Shown: one piece after another, positions 18,074 to 25,322 of the stretch
Layout of the letters: each line of letters opens with the position of its first letter
Position numbering within the stretch: position 1 is the stretch's first letter
Origin: a virus
Lineage: Duplodnaviria > Caudoviricetes
IMG/VR virus record: IMGVR_UViG_3300037420_000738
Coordinates: 1 to 26,576 of that record
Length of the DNA stretch: 26,576 bases
Strand: one strand, 5' to 3'
Notes under the pieces: generated by a model
Told to the model about the DNA's origin: nothing
Databases searched by the model: none
What the model saw: only the letters and a program-made list of their open reading frames with translations
Position numbers and translations under genes: made by a program

Positions 18074-18414
18074 GGCTCGTGGCTACCGATCCGACTGTCC
18101 AAGTAGCGGCACTCGGCATTGTTACGACCCTTATCTCATCGGCGACCATCGTCATCGTTGCTCGTCTGAACAATCGCAAGGAACGTACGGCTGCTGCTGA
18201 TGAAGGAGTAGAGGCTACGCTCCGCGAACGTATTGCGTTCAACGAGTACGAAATCCTCTCCCTTAAGGATTCTCGGGATCGCAAGGAAGAAGTCATCGTC
18301 CGACTCCGAACCGAGAATGAAGAGTTGGAAGACGAAAATGATGGACTCCGCACCGAGAATACTGAACTCAAGGCTGAGGTAGCGGCCTTGCGAGCCGGGA
18401 GGGAATACCCGTGA
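18070..18414 (+). CDS. Single-TM membrane protein with coiled-coil tail
   Basis: 114 aa; N-terminal hydrophobic helix then heptad repeats ('LRTENEEL...LRTENTEL'). Confidence 0.75.
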   Translation: MRLVATDPTVQVAALGIVTTLISSATIVIVARLNNRKERTAAADEGVEATLRERIAFNEYEILSLKDSRDRKEEVIVRLRTENEELEDENDGLRTENTELKAEVAALRAGREYP

Positions 18415-19040
18415 TGGACAAGAAAGAACTCAAGGAGCACGCGTATGACGTGTCTCCGAATCGGCGCACGCGCCGATGGATGGTGGCGCTTGCTATCATC
18501 ACTGCCCTTTCGTTCCTGACTGCGGTTACGGCAGGTTACTACGCGTGGCGTAACGCGCACAACGAGGCCCTCGCAGGCAAGCAGCTAGCCGAGCAGTTGC
18601 GCAGGTTGTGCGATCAGAACGGTACTGTTGAGTTCGAGAATCGGAACCTGTGCAAGAACGCGAAGGAGGTCGTGAAGGATGGGGCTGAAATCCAGGACAA
18701 GGAAATCGACGATCCTGATCCGAACGACCCTGATCCCGTCGACGACCCGGACCCCAACGACCCCGACCCCAAGAACGACCCGGAGAAGCAAGATCAAGAA
18801 GTACAAGACGATGAAACTCAGGATTCCGATCCCAACGACCCCGATCCGGTGGACGATCCTGACCCCGACGACCCGGATCCTGACGATCCGGATCCGAATG
18901 ACCCCGATCCCGACGATCCGGACCCGGCGTCCCCGTACGACTTCACGTTCCAGTTCACTGTACCGGGTCCGGGCGGTTCGCCGGGGACGACGTATACTGT
19001 GACTTGCAACTCCGGCACTGGTGCTTGCACCGTAAACTGA
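18411..19040 (+). CDS. Membrane-anchored protein with Asp-Pro pentapeptide repeats and two Cys pairs
   Basis: 209 aa; basic stretch plus TM helix, LC...LC pair, DPDP[N/D] repeats, C-terminal 'FTFQFT...TYTVTC...C'. Confidence 0.8.
   Translation: MMDKKELKEHAYDVSPNRRTRRWMVALAIITALSFLTAVTAGYYAWRNAHNEALAGKQLAEQLRRLCDQNGTVEFENRNLCKNAKEVVKDGAEIQDKEIDDPDPNDPDPVDDPDPNDPDPKNDPEKQDQEVQDDETQDSDPNDPDPVDDPDPDDPDPDDPDPNDPDPDDPDPASPYDFTFQFTVPGPGGSPGTTYTVTCNSGTGACTVN
18711..18926 (+). repeat. Coding tandem repeat, about 15-bp units encoding D-P-D-P-[N/D] and DxExQ variants
   Basis: Degenerate GAYCCNGAYCCN(A/G)AC units visible in the DNA, in frame with 18411..19040. Confidence 0.9.
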
Positions 19041-19054
19041 AAGGAACACCCGGC

Positions 19055-19591
19055 ATGGCAACATCTGAGAATGGTTATCAGGTCCTGTTCAGTAACAGGA
19101 CCCACGGCGACCTCCCGCGTCTGCGCAAGGTCGTCATTCCGGGAACAGGTCGTCATCTGTTCCTGCGAGACGGTTCGGTCGCGATGATCATCGCACATTT
19201 CGTCCTCTGGTTCCACCAGAAGATCGAGCCGATCAACAACAAGGTATGGGACGAGTGGGGTTGGGCAGTCCGACCCAAGCGCGGCCAGACCTCGGGCTAC
19301 TCCAACCACGCGTCCGGCACAGCGGCGGACATCAACGCCACCCTACACCCGCTCGGCAGGCGCTGGACCTTCAAGGCGTGGCAGTACACCAAGATGCGTG
19401 CTCGCCTCGCCCTGTACGCCGGGTGTCTCCGGCTCGGCATCGACTACAAGATTCGCCCGGACGAGATGCACGTGGAAATCAACCGCAGCCTCAAGTACTG
19501 CGAGAAGGTCGCACGCATGCTGTGCAGGACCAAGCGAGGTAAGCGTATCCTCAAGGCCAACCCAGGATTGCGGGAGGTCATCTTCTCATGA
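19055..19591 (+). CDS. Endolysin, M15-family (L-Ala-D-Glu/D-Ala-D-Ala type) zinc peptidase, 178 aa
   Basis: AAAGGA before ATG 19055; 'SENG', 'WGWAVR', 'SNHASGTAADIN' (SxHxxGxAxD) and 'DEMHVEI' zinc-ligand motifs. Confidence 0.9.
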   Translation: MATSENGYQVLFSNRTHGDLPRLRKVVIPGTGRHLFLRDGSVAMIIAHFVLWFHQKIEPINNKVWDEWGWAVRPKRGQTSGYSNHASGTAADINATLHPLGRRWTFKAWQYTKMRARLALYAGCLRLGIDYKIRPDEMHVEINRSLKYCEKVARMLCRTKRGKRILKANPGLREVIFS

Positions 19592-20304
19592 GGGACCAGA
19601 CCATCAACGTCATTGGCACGTGGAACGTGTGGAACGAAAACAGCGCAGACCGAGTCGCTGACGGCGTCAAGAAGATGTCGTCGAAGCACGGATGCGATGT
19701 GATCGTCCTGCAGGAAGTTTCGGGGTTCATTGGCCGGCTCCGCAAGGTAGCCTTGAACCTCGGCTTCTTCCTTCACGTGATGAAGATGGGTAAGATGCGG
19801 GGGATCGACCTCGCGGAGGCTCGCTCGACTGTAATCCTGCGAGGTCTGTGGATTCCACTCATCGCGTCGGGGTTCATTCGGATCGTCACGAAGTGGATCG
19901 GACCGAAGGCAAGGATCATCCGGCCCGGTCGTACGTTCCCGAGGATCAAGGCTGGCAAGCCCGGAATCCAGATCGTCGGCTTCCACGGCAACACCGGCAG
20001 ATTCCGGTTCAAGCGCAACCGCCGCTCGTGGCAGGAGACGCTCAACAAGCTGGACAAGCGAGTAGTCAAGTGGAAGAAGCGCGGTGTCCGGTTCGTCATC
20101 ATCGGCGACACGAACGACCGACGCAGCAACAGGGACTTGGAGTCCCTGTGGGCTTTCGCTCGCAAGCACGGTCTGGACCTCGTACACGACGAAGCGACTA
20201 TTGACTACTCGCTGTGTTGGGGTTTCGCCAGCACGCACTATGAGTCCTTCACCAAGATGGGGTCGGACGACCACCGGTACGGCATCCTCACCGTCACCTA
20301 CTAG
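19588..20304 (+). CDS. Endonuclease/exonuclease/phosphatase (EEP) family protein
   Basis: 238 aa with ordered EEP motifs TWNV, LQE, H (GFHG), GDTN, IDY and SDDH; very Lys/Arg-rich; ATGA overlap with the endolysin. Confidence 0.85.
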   Translation: MRDQTINVIGTWNVWNENSADRVADGVKKMSSKHGCDVIVLQEVSGFIGRLRKVALNLGFFLHVMKMGKMRGIDLAEARSTVILRGLWIPLIASGFIRIVTKWIGPKARIIRPGRTFPRIKAGKPGIQIVGFHGNTGRFRFKRNRRSWQETLNKLDKRVVKWKKRGVRFVIIGDTNDRRSNRDLESLWAFARKHGLDLVHDEATIDYSLCWGFASTHYESFTKMGSDDHRYGILTVTY

Positions 20305-20312
20305 GAGATAAC

Positions 20313-20555
20313 ATGAACAAGTGGAATGGAAAGTTCTGGCAGGGGTTTGGAGAGCGCGTCGGCGCCTCGGCGGTGGGTGGCGTTCTCACCATGGTTACCG
20401 CCGACGCGACCGGCGTTGCCGACTACTCGCAGCGGGCGTGGTGGGTTCTGGTCGGCATCCCGACCGTGACCTCCATCTGCAAGGGTCTGCTGGCCAACCT
20501 CAAGGGAGACCAGCCTTCCCCGTCGCTCGTTGGCGGGGACGAGTCGTCCTACTGA
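20313..20555 (+). CDS. Holin (r1t-like, two TM segments)
   Basis: 80 aa; SD AGGAG; 'KFWQGFGERV' start, two hydrophobic segments, 'SPSLV' tail typical of actinophage r1t-type holins. Confidence 0.75.
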   Translation: MNKWNGKFWQGFGERVGASAVGGVLTMVTADATGVADYSQRAWWVLVGIPTVTSICKGLLANLKGDQPSPSLVGGDESSY

Positions 20556-20557
20556 CC

Positions 20558-20601
20558 GAGAAGCCCGGCCTTGTTCGCGCAGGGGGCCGGGCTTCTCATT
20601 T
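20558..20601 (+). terminator. Intrinsic terminator ending the structural/lysis operon
   Basis: Perfect 13-bp arms GAGAAGCCCGGCC (20558-20570) / GGCCGGGCTTCTC (20585-20597) followed by ATTT, 2 nt after the holin stop. Confidence 0.85.
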
Positions 20602-20610
20602 GCCAGGGGT

Positions 20611-20639
20611 TTGACTGCCAGGCAAGGACATGGTAGGAT
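20611..20639 (+). promoter_or_regulatory. Housekeeping-sigma (SigA/HrdB-type) promoter
   Basis: TTGACT (20611-20616), 17-bp spacer, TGn-TAGGAT (20634-20639). Confidence 0.75.
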
Positions 20640-20667
20640 GGGAGTAAGCACCCGCACAGGAGGAAGA

Positions 20668-20853
20668 ATGCGTTTCGAATTGACGGTGTCCGTGGAGGTC
20701 GAGCGGATCGAGGGCAAGTTCGCCTCGCGCGACGAAATCCGTGACAACATCGCAGAAGCCCTAAACGACGCCAACCCCGGCACCCTTGACAGCCTCGGCG
20801 CGGACGGAACGTCCTCGTACGAAGTAATCGATTGGGTAGTGGAGGACGACTGA
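20668..20853 (+). CDS. Small acidic hypothetical protein (61 aa), coupled to the purB-like gene
   Basis: AGGAGG before ATG 20668 (MRFELTVSVEVER...); stop overlaps the next start (TGATG). The longer 20530 start would span the terminator and promoter. Confidence 0.8.
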   Translation: MRFELTVSVEVERIEGKFASRDEIRDNIAEALNDANPGTLDSLGADGTSSYEVIDWVVEDD

Positions 20854-22115
20854 TGCATCCCCGATACCCGGCCCCGTTGGCCGAAGATATATTCAGTGAC
20901 GAGCAGAAGGTGGAGGCGTGGCGTCGGATCACCGATGCGTACGCCGTATCCTCGATCAAGGAACTGGAACGCAACAACTCGGCCACCCAGGAGGACCTGA
21001 TCCGCCGATTGTACGACCGGCACACTCCAACCGCTGAGGCTGTTCGGACCCGCGAGGCCGCCATGGGTCACGATGTGGTGGCGTTCATCTCGCTATACAC
21101 CGAAGATATGTCCGGCGACCTCAAGCGCCACATCCACCGGGGGCTCACATCGTCAGACCTCGTCGAGTTGTCCCACCACACCGCGATGTTCAAGCACGCC
21201 TCGATGCTGGCGCTCCGGGTAGAGAAATTGATCGCTACGTTGGGCAGGTGGGAGATGCAAGGGACCGCCCGCATTGGCCGGACCCACGGTCAGATCGCGT
21301 CGGTCACCACCTTGGGGCATCAGATGCGAGTGCATCAGGACGTGCTGCATCGGCTGGTTTGGGAGCTGAGACAGCATGAGACCCTGATCAAGACACCGGG
21401 ACCCACTGGTTTCTCGCCGTGGGTTATGGGGCGAGGTCGACGTGTAACTCAGGCGTTGAAGGGGCGTTTGGTTCCGAGCACGCAGGTGATCCCGCGCGAC
21501 TACCAGATCGAGTGGGCCGCTATCTACCTGAGGCTCGCTGTGGTCCTGGAGAACCTCGCGCTACAGGTGCGGCTCGGTAGTCGCTCGGACGTGGGAGACC
21601 TTAGAGAGGGGGCCACGGCGAATCGCGTGGGCTCGTCGGCCATGCCGCACAAGAAGAATCCGATCGACTCGGAGAAGGTGTGCGGGCTGGCTCGGGTAGC
21701 GCGCGGGTACTTCATGACCATCGCTGAGGGAGGCGCGCTTTGGGAGGAACGCGACCTGACGAACTCGTCGATGGAACGGATCGCGGTTCCGGACCTCGCC
21801 GCCGTGGTCGAACACATGCTCGACACGATGACCTTGGTGATGTCCAACCTCGAGTTCAGACCAGATCGTAACGACCTGACTCGGGCGGCGGTGTGGTCGA
21901 ATCTGATGCAAACGTACCTGCAGGAGGTCTGTTCCATCGGATCGATCGAGGCCAGTCAGGTCGTGCGTAAGGCAATCCCGACCGAGCATCATCACGTCTC
22001 GTTCAGCAAGCAGGTAGTCTACAACTGGATCGTGGACAACTACTCCCAGGCCGAAGCCAATCGGTGGGTCCGCGACGTGGATGCGATCCTCGACGACGCG
22101 CTTCCGAAGGGGTGA
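20853..22115 (+). CDS. purB: Adenylosuccinate lyase-like protein (fumarase/aspartase superfamily), 420 aa
   Basis: GGAGGA before ATG 20853; motifs 'HDVVAF', 'HRGLTSSD', 'GRTHGQ' (catalytic His), 'STQ..PRD', signature 'GSSAMPHKKNP..SE...GLAR', 'ERDLTNSSMER'. Confidence 0.92.
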   Translation: MHPRYPAPLAEDIFSDEQKVEAWRRITDAYAVSSIKELERNNSATQEDLIRRLYDRHTPTAEAVRTREAAMGHDVVAFISLYTEDMSGDLKRHIHRGLTSSDLVELSHHTAMFKHASMLALRVEKLIATLGRWEMQGTARIGRTHGQIASVTTLGHQMRVHQDVLHRLVWELRQHETLIKTPGPTGFSPWVMGRGRRVTQALKGRLVPSTQVIPRDYQIEWAAIYLRLAVVLENLALQVRLGSRSDVGDLREGATANRVGSSAMPHKKNPIDSEKVCGLARVARGYFMTIAEGGALWEERDLTNSSMERIAVPDLAAVVEHMLDTMTLVMSNLEFRPDRNDLTRAAVWSNLMQTYLQEVCSIGSIEASQVVRKAIPTEHHHVSFSKQVVYNWIVDNYSQAEANRWVRDVDAILDDALPKG

Positions 22116-22121
22116 TATGGC

Positions 22122-22160
22122 GAGGGCCCCGGGTTCCTTTTAGGGATGACCGGGGCCCTC
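22122..22160 (+). terminator. GC-rich hairpin after purB-like gene, probable terminator
   Basis: 11-bp arms GAGGGCCCCGG (22122-22132) / CCGGGGCCCTC (22150-22160); no U-tract, which is common in actinobacteria. Confidence 0.65.
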
Positions 22161-22240
22161 TAACACCAAAGCACCGCCCGCACGGCAGGTACTGAACGCG
22201 AGACCAGTGTAGCATGGCGTGCTGGTCCGTGTCTACTCGT

Positions 22241-22270
22241 TTGACAGCAAGGAAAGGAGCGTGCTATCGT
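22241..22270 (+). promoter_or_regulatory. Housekeeping-sigma promoter, probably giving a leaderless mRNA
   Basis: TTGACA (22241-22246), 18-bp spacer, TGn-TATCGT (22265-22270); ATG at 22278 begins 7 nt after the -10 box. Confidence 0.7.
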
Positions 22271-22277
22271 GGTCGAC

Positions 22278-22505
22278 ATGAGCACGCGAGCACAGGTGAC
22301 CAACCAGAAGGTCGCCGACGACCTCGGGATCACTCATTCGGCGGTGAGCCGGATTAGATCGGGGGACCGGCGTCCGTCCCTCGATGTGATGCTCAAGATG
22401 CATGAGGAGTGGAAGTGGCCGCTCGACGTCCAGGCGTTCTGTCTCACGATGGGCACGTACACAGAGAACTTCGAAGCCGAACTGGTCAAGCGGTATGACC
22501 AGTGA
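22278..22505 (+). CDS. XRE/Cro-like helix-turn-helix DNA-binding protein (75 aa; alternative GTG start 22269)
   Basis: 'TNQKVADDLGITHSAVSRIRSGDRRPS' is a clear HTH_3-type motif. Confidence 0.88.
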   Translation: MSTRAQVTNQKVADDLGITHSAVSRIRSGDRRPSLDVMLKMHEEWKWPLDVQAFCLTMGTYTENFEAELVKRYDQ

Positions 22506-22725
22506 GTGTGGCGGTTGTCGAGGGATGGGATCTCATCAGCGTTTGTGCGTGAACCATCCTGATTACCACCCGTGGCGTAGGCTGGCGCAAATGGCTGAGG
22601 ACATCGGTGACACCATCGGCTCCAACGACACGGCCATAGCCAACACGGCTTACAGCCTGTCCAGCAGGATCAAGGAACTGATCGAGCAGAAGCCATACCG
22701 GAGGCGTAATGCATCCCCCTCTTAA
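22495..22725 (+). CDS. Small hypothetical protein with CxxC...H...C putative zinc site (76 aa)
   Basis: ATG 22495 overlapping the HTH gene end; 'ECGGCRGMGSHQRLC'; fills the gap before the helicase. Confidence 0.65.
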   Translation: MTSECGGCRGMGSHQRLCVNHPDYHPWRRLAQMAEDIGDTIGSNDTAIANTAYSLSSRIKELIEQKPYRRRNASPS

Positions 22726-24124
22726 GGAGTATCAGCGTGAAAACGTTGAGTGGATCCAACGCGTCGGGCGAGGGTTGCTCGCTGACGAGCCGGGCCTCGG
22801 CAAATCCCGATCAGCCCTTGAAGGTTTCGCCGGTGCAGGTAAGGTCCTCATTGTGGCCCCCTCGTTGGTCGCCGACTCGGGTGTCTGGCACGACGAAGTC
22901 GAGCGATGGGGAGACGACGATACCGAGTACCACCTAGCCACCTACTCGATGCTGAACGACCGCATTGATCAGCGAACGCCGAAACAGATCGAGCAGGGCA
23001 AGCCGCATCGGTATAAGCCTATCAACCGACTCCGTAAAGAGTGGCGCGGTCATTGGGACGCCGTCATCGTCGACGAGGCTCATTGCATCAAGGGTCGGGG
23101 CGTAGCCTGGACCAAGGCTGTCAAGCAACTTGGCCGCAACTCCGATCAAATCCTGCTCATGACGGGAACCCCGATCCCTAATTGGGCACACGAGGTCTTT
23201 ACCCTCCTGCAGACCATTTATCCCGAGGAGGGCAAACGTGGCAACGAACTCGGGTCGTTCTGGCGATGGGCCGGTGAATGGTTCGACACATCTCCTACTC
23301 GATTTTCCAACGGAAATCCAGTGGTTGGAGACCTGTTGGGGTGTACACCAGCGTGCATGCGCCGGAACGCCGATGACCCATGTAAACATTATGTCAAGTT
23401 CGCCCGAGAGAACTTTGGTGAGCGCTACATGCGCCACCTGCGGGACGAGCATCTGGACCTTCCTCCCCTCCGATTTGTTGACATCCCTACACCGCTGGAC
23501 GCTAGCACGCGGGCTGCTTACCGTGAATTGAGGGACGAGTTTGCAGCCGATGTCGACGGTCGCGAAGTTCTTGCTTGGTCTCAGGGCGCGAAGAACGTTC
23601 TGCTGGACAAGATGACCACTAGTCCGTGGCTGCTTCACAAGGAAGGGGAACCCTGCGGTGGCAAGTTCGAAACGCTTCGGGAAGACCTATCGGCGAGGGA
23701 CGAACCAACGCTGGTTCTTGCCCATTACCGTGATAGTGTCGAGGGAGCAGCTAGGGTTGCCGCCTCTGTCGGCAAGCGAGCAGCCTTCATCCATGGCGGC
23801 ACCAGCGACAAGCAGAACGCGAAGGTGGTACGGGATTTCAAGGGAGGACGACTTGATGTCCTGGTTGGAAGCCTCGAAACACTCGCCGAAGGGTTGACCC
23901 TCACCATCGCGGACACGGCTATCTTCCTCGAACGGTCATACAAGCCGTCCCGTAACACGCAGGCTACTTATCGGATCCACCGTCTGGGTCAAGAAAAGGA
24001 ATGCACCATTCGGCGCTATCTGACTCCCAAGTCGGTTGACTCTCGCAAAGAGCGCCTGCTCACCACTAAGACCGATCACCAGATGCGGACGCTTACCGCA
24101 GCCGAATTCGCACGCCTAGCATGA
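22709..24124 (+). CDS. SNF2-type (superfamily 2) DNA helicase
   Basis: 471 aa; 'LKEYQ' Q-motif, 'LADEPGLGKS' Walker A, 'VIVDEAH', 'MTGTP', 'EGLTLT', 'QATYRIHRLGQ' motif VI. Confidence 0.95.
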   Translation: MHPPLKEYQRENVEWIQRVGRGLLADEPGLGKSRSALEGFAGAGKVLIVAPSLVADSGVWHDEVERWGDDDTEYHLATYSMLNDRIDQRTPKQIEQGKPHRYKPINRLRKEWRGHWDAVIVDEAHCIKGRGVAWTKAVKQLGRNSDQILLMTGTPIPNWAHEVFTLLQTIYPEEGKRGNELGSFWRWAGEWFDTSPTRFSNGNPVVGDLLGCTPACMRRNADDPCKHYVKFARENFGERYMRHLRDEHLDLPPLRFVDIPTPLDASTRAAYRELRDEFAADVDGREVLAWSQGAKNVLLDKMTTSPWLLHKEGEPCGGKFETLREDLSARDEPTLVLAHYRDSVEGAARVAASVGKRAAFIHGGTSDKQNAKVVRDFKGGRLDVLVGSLETLAEGLTLTIADTAIFLERSYKPSRNTQATYRIHRLGQEKECTIRRYLTPKSVDSRKERLLTTKTDHQMRTLTAAEFARLA

Positions 24125-24167
24125 CCCGACTTGTGTCATAGGCAACCCCTATGATACTGTTGTCATA
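24121..24167 (+). promoter_or_regulatory. Putative promoter with overlapping inverted repeats
   Basis: TTGTGT (24131), 18-bp spacer, TGn-TACTGT (24155-24160); palindrome TCATAGG-N5-CCTATGA (24136-24154) in the spacer. Confidence 0.5.
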
Positions 24168-24223
24168 ACAGCGCGGGATGACGCGCTGGCTCCCAACACC
24201 CCCGCATACAAGGAGAACGCCAC

Positions 24224-24589
24224 ATGTCCGACCAGACCGACGACACCGCCGCCCTGACCACCGAGCAGCAGCAGCGGCTCATCGCGACGAACCACTCGGC
24301 GCGGTTCCTCCGGAGTGGTGGCGCTTCGCTGGCCAACAACACGTCCTCTCCCGGTGAGATCGCCGACATCATCGACCTCGCGTCCTACATCACCGACGGC
24401 GTCCCGTTCTCGGTCGCTCACCGGCACAGCCACGTGACGGACGCGGTCGAACTGATCGTGGGTCCGGCTGGTGGCACTCTGTCCGACCTCCTCATCAGCA
24501 TGTTCAAGGACCGATCCGAGCCGGAGCAGGGCGACAAGGACGAGGACCCCCGGCAGGACCCCGAGACCCCCGACTTCGACTTCAACTGA
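24224..24589 (+). CDS. Hypothetical protein (121 aa)
   Basis: SD AAGGAG, strong C/G-ending codon bias, acidic tail. Confidence 0.8.
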   Translation: MSDQTDDTAALTTEQQQRLIATNHSARFLRSGGASLANNTSSPGEIADIIDLASYITDGVPFSVAHRHSHVTDAVELIVGPAGGTLSDLLISMFKDRSEPEQGDKDEDPRQDPETPDFDFN

Positions 24590-24626
24590 CTGACCCACTT
24601 GCGCGTCAGTCAACCCGTATGATTTA
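24587..24626 (+). promoter_or_regulatory. Second copy of the putative promoter/operator motif
   Basis: TGACTGAC-N10-GTCAGTCA inverted repeat (24587-24612); shares ACTTG-N6-AG-N-CAACCC-N-TATGAT with the 24129-24155 site. Confidence 0.5.
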
Positions 24627-24653
24627 CTAGTTCCTCGGAAGGACAAGTAAAGA

Positions 24654-25322
24654 ATGGCAGTCGAAGTCAGTCACAGCGGTCGTTGCGGGTTCTGTGGCTC
24701 CGGTAACCACGACCGGTGCGCAATCGGAACCAAGCACGACGGCAGGCACGAGAAGTACAAGAACGGCATCGTGTGGGCTTGCACCTGCACTGATGGAGGT
24801 TGCACCCCCGGGCGGCGCAAGTGCGCTGACTGTGGGAACCGCGTTACGGAAGAAGTGGACCCGGACACGTGGACCTGTTTCGATGCGGAGGGCTGCCGCG
24901 CTCTCATCGAGACCCGGCGAGCGAACAACCCGTTCCTCGCTCAACTGCGCGAAATCAAGGAGAAGACCGAAATGGCGAAGATCGAGGAGAACAAGGCCAA
25001 GGCCGAGAAGGCGGAGAAGGCGAAGGAGCCCACCTTCTGCCTCGTGACCGGCGAGCCGACCAAGGGCGGCCTGTTCAAGCCGGGCATGGACGCGCGCTAC
25101 GTCAGCATGCGCGTCGCCGAGGTCGTCGAGGCCAACTTCACCAAGAAGGCCGAGGCCGAGGCCCGCGCCACGCTCAAGAAGGACGGCGTCAGCGAGAAGC
25201 TGGTCGCCAAGTTCGACAAGAGCCTCGGCCTCGCCAAGGACAAGGCCGAGAAGCGCGCCGCCGCCGAGGCCGAGAAGAAGGCCGCGAAGGCCGAGAAGGA
25301 GAAGGCCACCGCCTCCTCCTGA
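24654..25322 (+). CDS. Cys-rich N-terminal domain plus Lys/Ala/Glu-rich C-terminal domain, possible nucleic-acid-binding protein
   Basis: 222 aa; CxxC, CxC, CxxC motifs; 'CLVTGEPTKGGLFKPGMDARY'; KAEK repeats. Confidence 0.8.
   Translation: MAVEVSHSGRCGFCGSGNHDRCAIGTKHDGRHEKYKNGIVWACTCTDGGCTPGRRKCADCGNRVTEEVDPDTWTCFDAEGCRALIETRRANNPFLAQLREIKEKTEMAKIEENKAKAEKAEKAKEPTFCLVTGEPTKGGLFKPGMDARYVSMRVAEVVEANFTKKAEAEARATLKKDGVSEKLVAKFDKSLGLAKDKAEKRAAAEAEKKAAKAEKEKATASS

Noticed and set aside
18711-18926. Tandem repeat as a possible CRISPR array or iteron set
   Set aside because: Units are degenerate at third codon positions, have no unique spacers and are in frame in a protein, so it is a coding repeat.
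20530-20853. Longer upstream starts from the ORF track (20530; also 19004, 20832, 22402, 25394, 26082)
   Set aside because: They cross terminators or promoters or overlap upstream genes; downstream starts have better SD sequences or stop-start coupling.
20853-22115. purB as host chromosome flanking a prophage end
   Set aside because: It is flanked on both sides by phage genes, coupled to a small phage-type ORF, and no att site, integrase or other pur genes are nearby.
22161-22240. Possible tRNA or structured ncRNA in the intergenic gap
   Set aside because: Only a weak GACCAG/CTGGTC hairpin; no cloverleaf, T-loop consensus or known riboswitch pattern recognisable.
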